DNA of 62,425 nucleotides, filler included, from Diploschistes diacapsis (Eukaryota): NCBI GenBank assembly GCA_023645945.1. It is 15 parts of 15 records of this genome, joined end to end, with 100 filler letters (N's around TTAATTAATTAA, not from the genome) between each part and the next. Parts side by side here need not be neighbours in the genome. Positions count along the whole stretch, not along the records: positions 49,290 to 51,844 come from JALAIB010002163.1; positions 51,945 to 54,498 come from JALAIB010002164.1; positions 54,599 to 57,141 come from JALAIB010002165.1; positions 57,242 to 59,783 come from JALAIB010002166.1; positions 59,884 to 62,425 come from JALAIB010002167.1; 10 more parts are not named here. One strand, 5' to 3'. Shown piece by piece: positions 51,047 to 62,425 of this stretch (position 1 is its first letter; each line of letters starts with the position of its first letter). The notes under the pieces were generated by a model. It saw only the letters and a program-made list of their open reading frames with translations, ran no database searches and was not told where the DNA came from. The position numbers and the translations under genes were made by a program.

Positions 51047-51844
51047 GTATAATCTTAATAGGGATATTGAAAGGTTTAAGGCTAGAGTAATCGCAAGAGA
51101 GTTTTCGTAAAGATAGGAAATCGATTTCGATATAATATTTATTTTTATTATTCGAATCGATTCGTTACGGATTTTATTGACGGTTATAATAATTAAAGAT
51201 TTAAAATGTTATTAATTAGACGTTAATAGCGCGTTTATCGAGGGATTATTGATGTATTAAATTTATATAAGCGAATTAGAAGGATATAGCGTTTTAAAGA
51301 ACACCGTGTTTAATATTAATTAAACCTCATATAACTTAAAATAAACGGCCAAATATTAATATGAAGAATGCGGTATTATTATTTTAAATTTAAGATTTAT
51401 TCGTTTTAATGCTGATTTATACGTTTTCATTTTGCAAGGCCGAAAGTTATTGGTTTATTTTTATGTGGCCGATATTACCGTGACAGCGCCGGAGCTGCGG
51501 AACGTATCTTGATTCAAGAAAGTATTAGCTGAACGTTATAAGATTAAGGATCTAGGAGAGATTAAAAAGCTTTTAGGAATAAGAGTTTAACGAAGGCGCT
51601 TAAGTTTAGATATTTTAGATTTAGTAAGTTTAGTTAAATTGACTTTAGATTAAGAAGCATACGTCGACAAGATGCTTTAGCGGTTTAAGATGATAACGGA
51701 TACATATAAAGGCTAGAAAGTTCCGTTTAATAGATACGACGGTATTAAACTAAATAAAAAACTTTTCGAGATAATTAATCCGACATAATATTAAAAAATT
51801 ATTAATAATATCATGCACTTAACGGTGTATACGATATTGGATAT
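51047..51844 (+). mobile_element. RIP-degraded Copia/Ty1 reverse transcriptase fragment
   Basis: LDVNSAFIEG.L...IY...EG, YV.DI and KIKDLGE...LG motifs with stops. Confidence 0.8.
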
Positions 51845-52289
51845 NNNNNNNNNNNNNNNNNNNNNNNNNNNNNNNNNNNNNNNNNNNNTTAATTAATTAA
51901 NNNNNNNNNNNNNNNNNNNNNNNNNNNNNNNNNNNNNNNNNNNNTTCGATATCGTAGTATTTTCGCCGTTGAAAAGCGCGTTGGCGTAAGAAACAAATCA
52001 TATTACTCGATTAAATAAATCGCGTACAATACGTTCGGAATAAGTCGAATTATTTTTAATAATTCGAAATCGAGCTGTTACGAGTCGAAATATTTAAACA
52101 GGCTTTATAAATATTAGATTATAGTTTATTAATCCTATAATCATGTTTAATAAGCTTTTTTCGATTTATCGGACCCTCTTATTTTTATTTTATAGTCTTT
52201 TTTTAACCTCGAATTAATTCGATTTAGATTTATTCTTATTATATAATTCTTTATTAAATACGACTTAACTACGAAACATTAATAAAGAA

Positions 52290-53780
52290 TTTTGGTGGGC
52301 GGACAGGCAGAAGGCATGGCAGGCTCGACCCAATTCCGGAAGGTTCAGTCCTGGAAGTTCAGTTCAGCTGAACTTCCCTGAACCTGCTGGGATTCTGGCT
52401 AGACCGGTTCGGGAATAATAAAAACAATAAAACTTAACGCCCACCGTAGAGAATAAAAGTCTGCACAATAAAATATTTCTTAAGATAAGATTTTTAAACT
52501 TCAATATATTCATTACGTTACTAAATAGGTTATAAGCCCGGGTTAATTTATTCGAATCACTTCGTATAATCATATGTTAGGAATAAATCTTCCCGATAGC
52601 TGGAACGGTCACGAACGCGGGTACCGATTACGCTGGTCTTGGTAGCTTAAATCGAAAAGATCCGAAAGCCTAAGATCTGAATCATAAAACTTTAGGATAA
52701 GCAGATTCAAAGATAAAAGTTATACTACTTTAAAAGAACGCGGGCCCTTGATACGCTAACCAAAAATAGGTTTAAATAAGAAGTACTTAGATCCAGATTC
52801 GTTTATATAGGCCAAAAAAAACCTCCGACTCCTTTTTTTCCTCGATAACGATCGAAGTTTAACTAAATCATTATATTGAACCCCGTCGATCTCTCGTTAT
52901 CCTTCGATATCCAGCCAAACCGCTACTTATATTGTTAGATCTAGTCGAGAACCTTATTAACTATCGAAGTTCAGTTAAATCCAGTACTGAACCTTATTAA
53001 TCATCTTAATAACCTTCGATATCCAGTAGAATCGTTATTTTTTTATTAAATCTAATCGAACCTCTTATTAATTTTCGATAATTAATAGCACCGCTACTTT
53101 TGTTGCTGGACTTAATCGAATCTCTCGTCAATCTTTAAATCCAGTAGAATCGTTACCTTTTCTACTAAACCTAGTCGATTCTTCGTCAACCTTCGACAAC
53201 TAGTAGTACCGCTACTTACGCTGCTAAACTTAATCGAAAGCCTTTTTAACGTTCGAAATCCAGCCTAAACGTTATTTCCGCCGTTGGAACCTTTCGATCT
53301 TCGTTAATGTCGATATTCAGCTTTATCGTTGTTAAATCTTATTCGACACCTTCGGATAATCATCGAAGTTCGGTTATATTAGAATTAAACTTATTCGATC
53401 AAAAAAAGTAATAAGATAAAAAATAAGTTATTTAATAAACGAGTTGTTTTCAGCGTACGAAACCGTTTTATTACTCGAGTAAGAAACTCGGTTTAGATCA
53501 AAAGATTTTGTTAAACTAAATATATTGGATGGTTCCGCCTGTAAAGAAGTATTAGGCGGACAGATAAAAGGTATGATAGGCTCGACCTAATTCCGGAAGG
53601 TTCAGTCTTAGAAGTTTAGTTTAGCTGAACTTACCTGAATCTGTTGGGATTCTGGCTAGACCGGTTCGGGAGTAGCAAGGATAGTAGGGTTTAGCACCTA
53701 CCGTGAAGGATAAAAGTCTGCCTAGTAGGATACTTCCTAGGATAAGACCTCTAGACTTTAATATATCCATTACGTTGCTA
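52290..53780. repeat. LTR-like interspersed repeat (copies at about 52290 and 53550; also 62030-62425)
   Basis: Shared GGCTCGACC.AATTCCGGAAGGTTCAGTC...TCAGCTGAAC block, differing mainly by transitions. Confidence 0.65.
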
Positions 53781-55327
53781 AACAAATTTAATTAAACGTT
53801 GCGAGCCGTTTTAAAACTAATTAATTCGATTCGACATTATTCGAATCGAACAACCCGTATATTTAAATCGACGTATATTAAGTTTATAACGTTTCGTAAA
53901 CAAAACGGAAAGTAAAAAACGTTTCTTAATAATTATAAGAAACGTAAATTAAATAAACGAATCGAATTAAAAAATCGTTTTATGTTTAATATAAACGAAG
54001 TTCTTAAAATAATAATTGGAGCTAAATCGAGTCGGATAATTTCGAAACGATCTATAACGCGTAAAAAACGTCGTCGCGTTTTTAAAATCGAGAAGGATAA
54101 AAAGAAAAATAAAATTCGATTTTGATCGATTAAATTCTAATTGCGACGAACAAATTATATCTAAAAACCGTAGGAAGTTGGCGGTAGTGATTTGAGGTGG
54201 CCGAGCTTTAAGGGTGGCCGAGCTGACCGTGAAACACGTTATAATACTTTAAAAATAATCATAGGCGGTAATATCCCGTTAATAATTAAAATATATTTAA
54301 TTATAGTTATTTACTTTTGTTTTTTAAATAATCTTTTAATTCGAGTCTGTTCGACTTAAAACGAAGGTTTTAAAAAAAGATTTATTATTAATATTAAAAT
54401 CTAATTCGTTTATATTATAAATATATTCGGCCGCGTATTATTTTTTATTATATTAATTTATTATTATATCGAATTACCGTTATTGTAAAGGCTAATACNN
54501 NNNNNNNNNNNNNNNNNNNNNNNNNNNNNNNNNNNNNNNNNNTTAATTAATTAANNNNNNNNNNNNNNNNNNNNNNNNNNNNNNNNNNNNNNNNNNNNTC
54601 TATCATGTTACCAAAAAATTTTCGTATTTATTATTTTAAAACTTTAAAATTAATAATTAAAAACGTAGGAATTAGGGGGTGTAACGGGTAATAATTTAGC
54701 GAATTTTTTAAGCTTTAATTATGAAGTAGGTGTTTGGGGATGCAATCCCCAAAAATGGGAAAAAGCGGGGGTTTGGGGGTGTAACCTTTAATAAACCTAT
54801 CTAGTTCTTTTAAGCTTTAATTACGGAGTAGGGTTTGAGGATGCAATCCCTAATAAACTTACCCAGTTTTTTAAGTTTAATTCATTTAAAAATTTTTACT
54901 TCGCTTAGGAACTTGGAGGGCGACATCATGTGTCGCCAGACACATGATATTAAATATCTTTTACAGTCAAATCTTGTTGCGCTAGTAGCTTAAACGCTTT
55001 TTCCAAGTCATCTTTTCAAGCACCCTTATTGAAGTATCTGCTTTTCGAGCACCATTTTGAAGCATCTGAAGCAGCTTTTCCAGCATCTTTTGAAGCGTCT
55101 GCAGCATCTTTTCGAAGCTTTTGAAGCAGCGCATTCGGCAGCGCATTTAGACCTTTCGATTATAATCCAGTTCTAAACCACCTACGCCAGCATCTCCAGC
55201 ACCTCCAACGCCCCCAACGCCGCTACCGCTGCCATCATCCTTATCCATAATTTCCTACATTGCATATTCTTTAATGCCTTTTCAACCCCCAAGGGGAATT
55301 TCTTATAAGTAATTATACCCCTTACGA

Positions 55328-55452
55328 GGCGGCATAGCGGAATGGTGAAGACGATTACTAAAAAATCTTTTCATCGAAAGGTCGTGGGTTCGATGCCCAT
55401 TACTGCCACCCCGAATATTCTTTATTTCAGGCTTAGCCACCTGGCCCTTATC
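55328..55452 (+). repeat. tRNA-Leu-like SINE-type element (tRNA-like head 55328-55408 plus shared tail)
   Basis: GGCGGCA acceptor strand, A-box TAGCGGAATGG, B-box GGTTCGATGCC, long variable arm, degenerate anticodon arm. Tail CCCCGAATATTC..TTATT.CAGGCTT.GC shared with the 25800-25842 copy. Confidence 0.65.
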
Positions 55453-56418
55453 TAATTGCTAGTTACTTTCGTCACTACGATCGCCACTTCCATACTATCG
55501 AGAATATATGATTAAGTTAAATTAATATGTTCGATAAAACAGATAAGGGATAATTATTAATAAAATTTCAACAAAGTATCGTAATACTTAAAATTAATAT
55601 TTAAGATTAATACCTAAAATATTATTTAGAATTAATAACGTGTTTGACGGGGATTCCGGCCTCCCCCAGATTCCGGCCACCTTAAATTACTACCGCCAAC
55701 ATTTTACGGTTTTTAGATATAATCTATTCGTCGGAATTAGAATCTAATCGATCCGAATAGAATTTATTTTTTTCTATTTTCTTTTTTCTTTTTCTCGATT
55801 TTACAAACGCGACGACGGTTTTTACGCGTTATAAGTTTTTTTGAAATTGTTCGATTCTATTTAATTCGAATTATTATTTTAAGAATTTCGTTTAACGTAT
55901 ATGCATAGCCAGCGGAAGCTTATAGCGAACGGATACCCCCCATCCGATTCTACGAACTTTTAACTTTGGTAACGTGTTTCACGGTCAGCTCGGCCACCCC
56001 CAAGCTCGGCCACTTTTGCCAAGAAATATGTTAAATCTTTAATAACTCTTCGAATTTAATCGTTATTTTTGATTCTTTTCCGAAACATTATTATTAACTC
56101 AATCATCTATTATACCCGAAAAGTGCATATTAATTATATCAGCAGTTATTTTTAAAAGCGAATGGAAAATAACGACTCGAAAACACGTATAATTTTATCT
56201 TTCAAATTCGGTCATAACGTAGTAAAAAATATGTTTTTTGAATATATTATTATAAGCGGTTTCATGCTTAGACTTTAATAAAAATATTAAAAAAACGTGT
56301 TTTCAACGTTATATAAGCGTTATATGGTCTTATTCTTTAAAATCAGTAGATTTAAAGAATTTTGGTAGGCGACGGCTAGTTTTCGTTTAGTCTAAAATAA
56401 CTGAAAAATGATGAAAAA

Positions 56419-56588
56419 TGTAACACCCGAAGTGTGCGCACCGGGGTTCAGGTCCCCTGCTGCCACAGCCACGCACCTACATATAGTGTAATAGGGAAAC
56501 AGTGCTTCGGGGTTCCTGAAAGCATTGTGTTCAATCTTTTGACTCAGTGGGATAGCGCTACCTATTAGGCACTACCCCCGCTGTTACA
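56419..56588. mobile_element. 170-bp solo LTR
   Basis: TGTAACA...TGTTACA termini with AAAAA flanks. A related fragment lies at about 7459-7520. Confidence 0.7.
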
Positions 56589-57404
56589 AAAAACGTTGCA
56601 CAACCGCTGTATAACGTCGAAAAACGTTTTTTTTATAACGTGTTTCACGGGGATTCCGGCCACCCCCAGATTCCGGCCACCTTAAATTATTATCGCCAAC
56701 ATTTTACGGTTTTTAGATATAACTTATTCGTCGTAATTAGAATCTAATCGATCTAAATCGAATTTATTTTTTTCTTTTTTATCTTTCTCGATTTTAAAAA
56801 CGCGATAACGTTTTTTACGCGTTGTAGATCGTTTTAAAATTATTCGATTCGATTTAACCCGAATTATTATTTTAAAAACTTCGTTTATATTAAATATAAA
56901 ACGTTTTTTTAATTCGATTCGTTTATCTAATTTACGTTTTTTATAATTATTAAAAAACGTTTTTTATTTTCGATTTTTTTTATGAAACGTTATAAACTTA
57001 ATATACGTCGATTTAAATATACGGGTTATTCGATTCGAATAACGTCGAATCGAATTAATTAATTTTATAATAGGTCGTAACGTTTAATTAAATTCTTTAT
57101 TAATCTTTCGTAGTTCGGTCGTATTTAATAAAGAATTATATNNNNNNNNNNNNNNNNNNNNNNNNNNNNNNNNNNNNNNNNNNNNTTAATTAATTAANNN
57201 NNNNNNNNNNNNNNNNNNNNNNNNNNNNNNNNNNNNNNNNNCCCCCCCACCCAACCGCTTAGATGCTGTCCTTCCAACCTCCCATTTCCACCAGTTTTAC
57301 AATTCCAACTGTTGTGTCCAGGAGTCAAACTTCACTTTTCTAATACACGTTACATGGGTCTTCGCAATCTTCTTGGGCTACAGCTAAGGTCGTTTATCTG
57401 ACAG

Positions 57405-59151
57405 ACGAACAATTCTGACTGGAGAGTTTCCTACCGTTCCAACTAAGTTCATCAACAAGCAGCTAGATGAGCACAGAAACCTTTATCCCGCTTACTGTGC
57501 AGTCGCGCAAGCTGTTCGAGCTCAAGAAGAGGGCGATACAGCGACTTATGAGCCTCTCAAAAAGAAACGAACCATGCGTCAACTGCGCCTCTTCGACCCT
57601 TCAGGGCGAATCAAGAAGGAATTTGAATCTGCGAAGAAAAGAATAACCAAAGAAGATGCTGTTCGAGCCCAAAAGAAGCGAGATGCGGAGGAAGACGCGG
57701 CAATGGACAAGAAAGCATTCGAAGAGGGTCAAGTCAAGGAGTGCGAGTGCTGCTTCAGCGATGCGGTCCTGAGAAAGATGGTGCACTGTGAAGGCCCCGT
57801 TGCCCATTTCTTCTGTTTTGATTGTTTCATGGGACATGTTAAAGCCCAACTCGACTATCAGAAGCATAAGATAGAATGCATGGATGGCGGAGGATGCAAA
57901 GCAGAGTTCTCTCGAGCATCAAAGATGAAGTGCTTGGAAAAGGACGTGTTCGACCGGCTAGAACGCGTACAACAACAAACCGAGCTTAGGGACGCCAATG
58001 TGCCTGGCTTAGAGGCCTGTCCGTTCTGCGACTTTGCTGCCATCTGCCCGCCACTCGAAGAAGATAAGGAGTTTCGTTGCGAACATCCAGATTGCCAGAT
58101 GGTGAGTTGTCGCCTTTGTCGAAACAAGAGTCACACGCCGAAGACGTGCGAAGAGCATAAGAAGGAGCAAGGAATGGAAGAGCGCCACATCGTGGAAGAG
58201 GAGATGACTAAAGCGCTTATTCGGACCTGCGGCAAGTGCAAAGTCTCCATCCTCAAGACGGAAGGCTGTAATAAGATCGTGTGCTCACGCTGCGGCACGT
58301 TTATATGCGATGTATGCGGAAAAGACATCTCCAAAGAGGGATATCACCACTTTGGTCGCGGTAAATGCTTGCAGTACGATCACGGACATGGAGGAGAGGT
58401 GCGGGAGACTATGAGAGTACAAGAGGCTGAAAAGGCTGCAAAGGCTAAAGTTCGCGCCGAGAATCCCGATATATCGGAGGAGGATCTTGAAATTAAATTC
58501 TCGGATGCCATCAAAGCACGGGAAGGCCAGTTCGGACAGCAAACCAACCCAGCGGGACGATTGGCTTTCTATGAGGGCATGGCTTTTGCTAATGGTCGAG
58601 AACGCGCGGTCGAACTACAACTTCTTGAACGTCATATGTTGATGCAGCAACAGATGCAGCAACAGATGCAGCAGCAAGTGCAGCAGCAGCAGCAAGCGAT
58701 GAGGAACTTACGGGCAAACCAATTGGCCGCCTATACCCGCGCTCAAGCTATTCAGAGGCCCTATGGCCATGCCCGCGATGGCTTCACTGAGTTGGTGAGA
58801 GAACATGCTCGACCAGGTTTCGATCTGGATGCAACGTTTCCACAGCAGTGGCGCAACATGCCAGGCACAGTTCCTCTCGACGGTGCTATGCGCTTTGCAC
58901 GAGATGAAATACGCGGAGCACACAACCCCTACACAAACGACCTAGACCATGAGAGGCTTTTCCGGAGACATGCCTTCAATCACGCTCTCGCCACCCAAAT
59001 CGGCCCTGGAGGTGGCAGACCTCAGTTTCCACCAGTGGCAATGCAACCGCCATTATTCGATCAAGGTGATAACCAAATGATACCATTGTATCATGGGGGT
59101 ATGGAGCATCGTGATTATGATGTGGCACAGCCTAGACAGCACCGTCCATAG
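57405..59151 (+). CDS. RBR (RING-IBR-RING) E3 ubiquitin ligase, RNF216/TRIAD3-like; 5' exons not identified
   Basis: ECECCF..., CPFCDFAA.C (IBR), and C.KC...ILK.EGCNK..C.RC (RING2 with catalytic Cys). Frame is open from the acceptor at 57404. Confidence 0.9.
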
Positions 59152-59883
59152 TAGCTCGCGGTTCCAGTGCCACCGGAAGTACCTTCCCCTTGACGGTAGA
59201 TATCACCATGAAGACCTTTGTTTGCCCTTTTTGGGACCTTCTAAGAGACGGTGCGGCGCTTCGTCCCTATTTTTTTTTTGGCGTGCTCTCTAGATTTTAA
59301 GATTAGGGGCTTTTCTAAGAGTGTCAGTTACCTTATCCCCGGATCCCTTTCGCTACCTGGCATCAGTGTGTACGAGCTTGGTAAGTTTAAACTCAAAACA
59401 GTGGACGGTATGCAGCGAGCGTGCATGGATTGGCGTCAGGACTTTGCTTCTACTGACCGGCGGCATGGGCATTGCAAACGGCGCATGGCTGCTGGCTTTG
59501 ATGATATTTCAAGGCTGTTTCGGCTTGTTCACGGGTCGTGCGATGATACTACTCTGGTGATTTCAAGGCGGAGGTTAGGTGGCATGCAAAGTCAACTGCC
59601 ATGGGCTGCTATGCTTTCTAGATCGCTAAGGCCACTTTTAACTGACCGTATCTCTACCAATGAAATGCAAAGTAAACTAGCTCCAACACATCGGATATAA
59701 TCCCGACCATCATTTGCACGTATACTAAGCCACGATCATTCAAAACCCTCTGATCATGCCCCCACCATCCCCCACCCTCATTCNNNNNNNNNNNNNNNNN
59801 NNNNNNNNNNNNNNNNNNNNNNNNNNNTTAATTAATTAANNNNNNNNNNNNNNNNNNNNNNNNNNNNNNNNNNNNNNNNNNNN

Positions 59884-60130
59884 CGGATACGGACATCGTA
59901 ATAAAAAAATTTTCGATACGGATATTAATACGGATATTATATTATATTAAAAACACGAATACGGACACTGTAATTAAAAATTTTAAAATATTAATATTAA
60001 TACGGATACTGCATTTCCGTGAATTCACGGACACGGACACCGCAGCTAAAAAATCTAAAACACGGATACTGACATTGTTAGTGTCCGTGTCACTGACACG
60101 GCCGTGTCAGTGTCAGTGACGGCCAGCCTA
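59884..60130. mobile_element. hAT-like MITE right end
   Basis: ACGGACAC repeats ending in ACGGCCAGCCTA. Confidence 0.8.
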
Positions 60131-62010
60131 TTATATAGTGCTCGCTGGCCCCGTTTAGCTAGCCATTATCTTCACTATACACAATGAATTAACTTTTCTT
60201 ATAAATTGGTAGCAACGACTATGGTTTAATCCATTGTCCCAGTGCTTAATAGCACCAATAGAGACTTGTTCTTTATTCAATCCCTTTGGGGTCTAAAAGA
60301 GCTTTTTAGTTACTATTCGGAGCATCTAAAAGCCGTTATTTATTATACATTTTATATGAGGATTTGTGGTTTTTAGAATAATCTCCCTATGCTTTACTGG
60401 AGCAACAGATAAGTATTTCTTTGTTTTCTTCTCGCCTAGCAAATTTGGCCTAGGAATGAAATCTTATAGAATAGTTATTTACCGGTTAGCGTGTTTTCGT
60501 GTTTTCCCTTTCCCTACCAAATCTCTATGAAAGGAAAGAAAGCCTTAGAATAATAAGATCCAGCATCTCGAATATTTACCTGGAGCAGCCATTATAGATC
60601 AGCTAGATCATCCGCTTTATTACCATCTCGAGCCGGTCTCGCCATTCGCCTCTCTTCTTTCCTACTATTAAGTTCTAGCTGGATACTGGAATTCTGAGAT
60701 ATAGGCTTGCCTTTCTTTCGTCTATTTCTATAACCTTCAATCAGCCTTTCTCCTGTCTTCTCTTTAATTATTAAATCTATTATAAGAAGCTAGAACTCCT
60801 GCCGACAGCTTCGACATCGAGAAAGAGTAAGGATTTAGACATACAATAAGATAGGTTTATGAAGACTGTTTAGGATGTTATATTGGGCCTATTTGAACCA
60901 TTATATTGAGCTTTTTTGTTAAGGGGATAGATGCTATTTGCTTATAAAGGCATAAGTATTATTATTAGGGGGATATTGTAGTGGCACAGCTGACGTCGCT
61001 GCAGCAGCATTTATGACGATGCTGCCCATTATGGCTATATGGGCTCGCTGCCCACCTAGCTATTTTGAATCCATCTTCATTCCACACAATGAATTAACTT
61101 ACTACATTTGGTAGCAACGACTATGGTTTGATCCATTGTCCCAGTGCTTTATAGCACCAATAGAGATTCATATCTCTACCAGTCCCTTTTGGGTCCAAAA
61201 AGAGTTTTTTTAGCCACCATTTGGAGCTTCTAAAAGCCCTTATTTATTATACAATTTGTATGAGGATTTGTGGTTTTCAGAATGATCTCCCCATGCTCTA
61301 CTGGAGCAACAGATAAGCATTCTTTTGTTTTCTTCTCGCCTAGCAAGTTTGGCCTAGAAATGGAATCCCATAGAATAGTTACCTACCGGTCGGCGTGTTC
61401 TCGGGCCTTCCCTTTCCCTACCAAATCTCTGTGAGAGGAGAGAATGTCTTGGAACAACAAGATCCAGCATCTCGAATATTTGTTTGGAGCAGCTATTAGA
61501 TGTCAGCCAGATCAACCTCTCGAGCCGGTTTCGCTATTCGCTTCTTTTTTTTTCTGCTATTAAGATCTAGCTGGATACTGGAATCCTGGGATACAGGCTT
61601 GCCTTCCTTTCGTCTGTTTTTACAATCTTTAATCACCCATTCTCCTGTCTTCTCTTCAACTACCAAATCTATTATAGGAAGCTAGAACTCTTACCGACAG
61701 CTTCGACATCGAGAAAGAGCAAGGATTTGGACATACAATAGGGCAGGTTATGGAGACTGTTTAGGATGTTATATTGGGCCTATTTGAAGCATTGTATTGA
61801 GCTTTTTGTTCAGGGGATAGATGCTATTTGCTTATGAGGGCATAAGCATTATTACTAGGGGGATATTGTAGTGGCATAGCTGACGTCGCTGCTGGCTGCT
61901 GACGTCGCTGCAGCAGCATCTATGACGATGCTGCCCACTATGGCTATATAGTGCTCGCTGGCCCCGCCTAGCTAGCCATTATCTTCACTCCACACAATGA
62001 ATTAACATTA
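60131..62010. repeat. About 0.9-kb direct tandem repeat (two units plus the start of a third)
   Basis: Unit restarts at about 60131, 61034 and 61944; copies differ mostly by C>T/G>A changes. Confidence 0.85.
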
Positions 62011-62425
62011 CTACAGCTGGGAGTTCGACTGAGTTCCAAGAGGAGGTTTAATTCAGCTGAACTCTAAGGTTTAGTTTAGCTGAATTTTCTAGAATTCTAA
62101 CTAGACCGATTAAGGAATAGTATAAATAATAGGACTTAGCGTATCCCGTGAAAATAAAAGTCTGTAAAGTAGAATAACCCTTTAAATAAGATTTTTAGAC
62201 TTTAATATATTCATTATATTATTAAATAGGTTATAAGCCCGGGTTAGCTTACTCGAATTACTTCGTTTTTAATTATTAGAAATAAGCCTTTCCGATAGTT
62301 GAAACGGTTACGAATACAGGACCGAATACGCTAACCTAGGGTAGGCCTAAATCGAAGAAATCCGAAAGCCCAGGATCTGAATTATAAGACCTTAAGATGG
62401 ATAAATAAAAAAATATAAAATATCT

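Overview
Fungal (filamentous ascomycete-type) DNA, not a contiguous locus. Fifteen contigs are joined by artificial 100-bp linkers (44 N + TTAATTAATTAA + 44 N). Fourteen contigs are about 2.5 kb and one is 25 kb (16029-41201). Recognisable intron-containing genes: a CAP20/perilipin-like gene, a PTH11-like pseudogene, Nab2, mitoribosomal mS45/Bot1, an AP180/ANTH adaptor, 14-3-3, an RBR (RNF216-like) E3 ligase and an intron-containing tRNA-Gly(GCC). Much of the rest is RIP-degraded Gypsy, Copia, pogo/Fot1 and hAT-type repeats. The standout is a roughly 20-exon gene at about 29505-34511. By manual splicing it encodes a guanylate-binding-protein/atlastin-like GTPase, a long helical stalk and a C-terminal aerolysin-type beta-pore-forming domain; the ORF track misses that domain because it is split into small exons. 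Also notable: a tRNA gene inside a TIR-bounded unit, a tRNA-Leu-like SINE-type repeat, and a UDG-like protein with tandemly amplified CCHC zinc knuckles. All family calls come from motif recognition by eye; no database searches were run.
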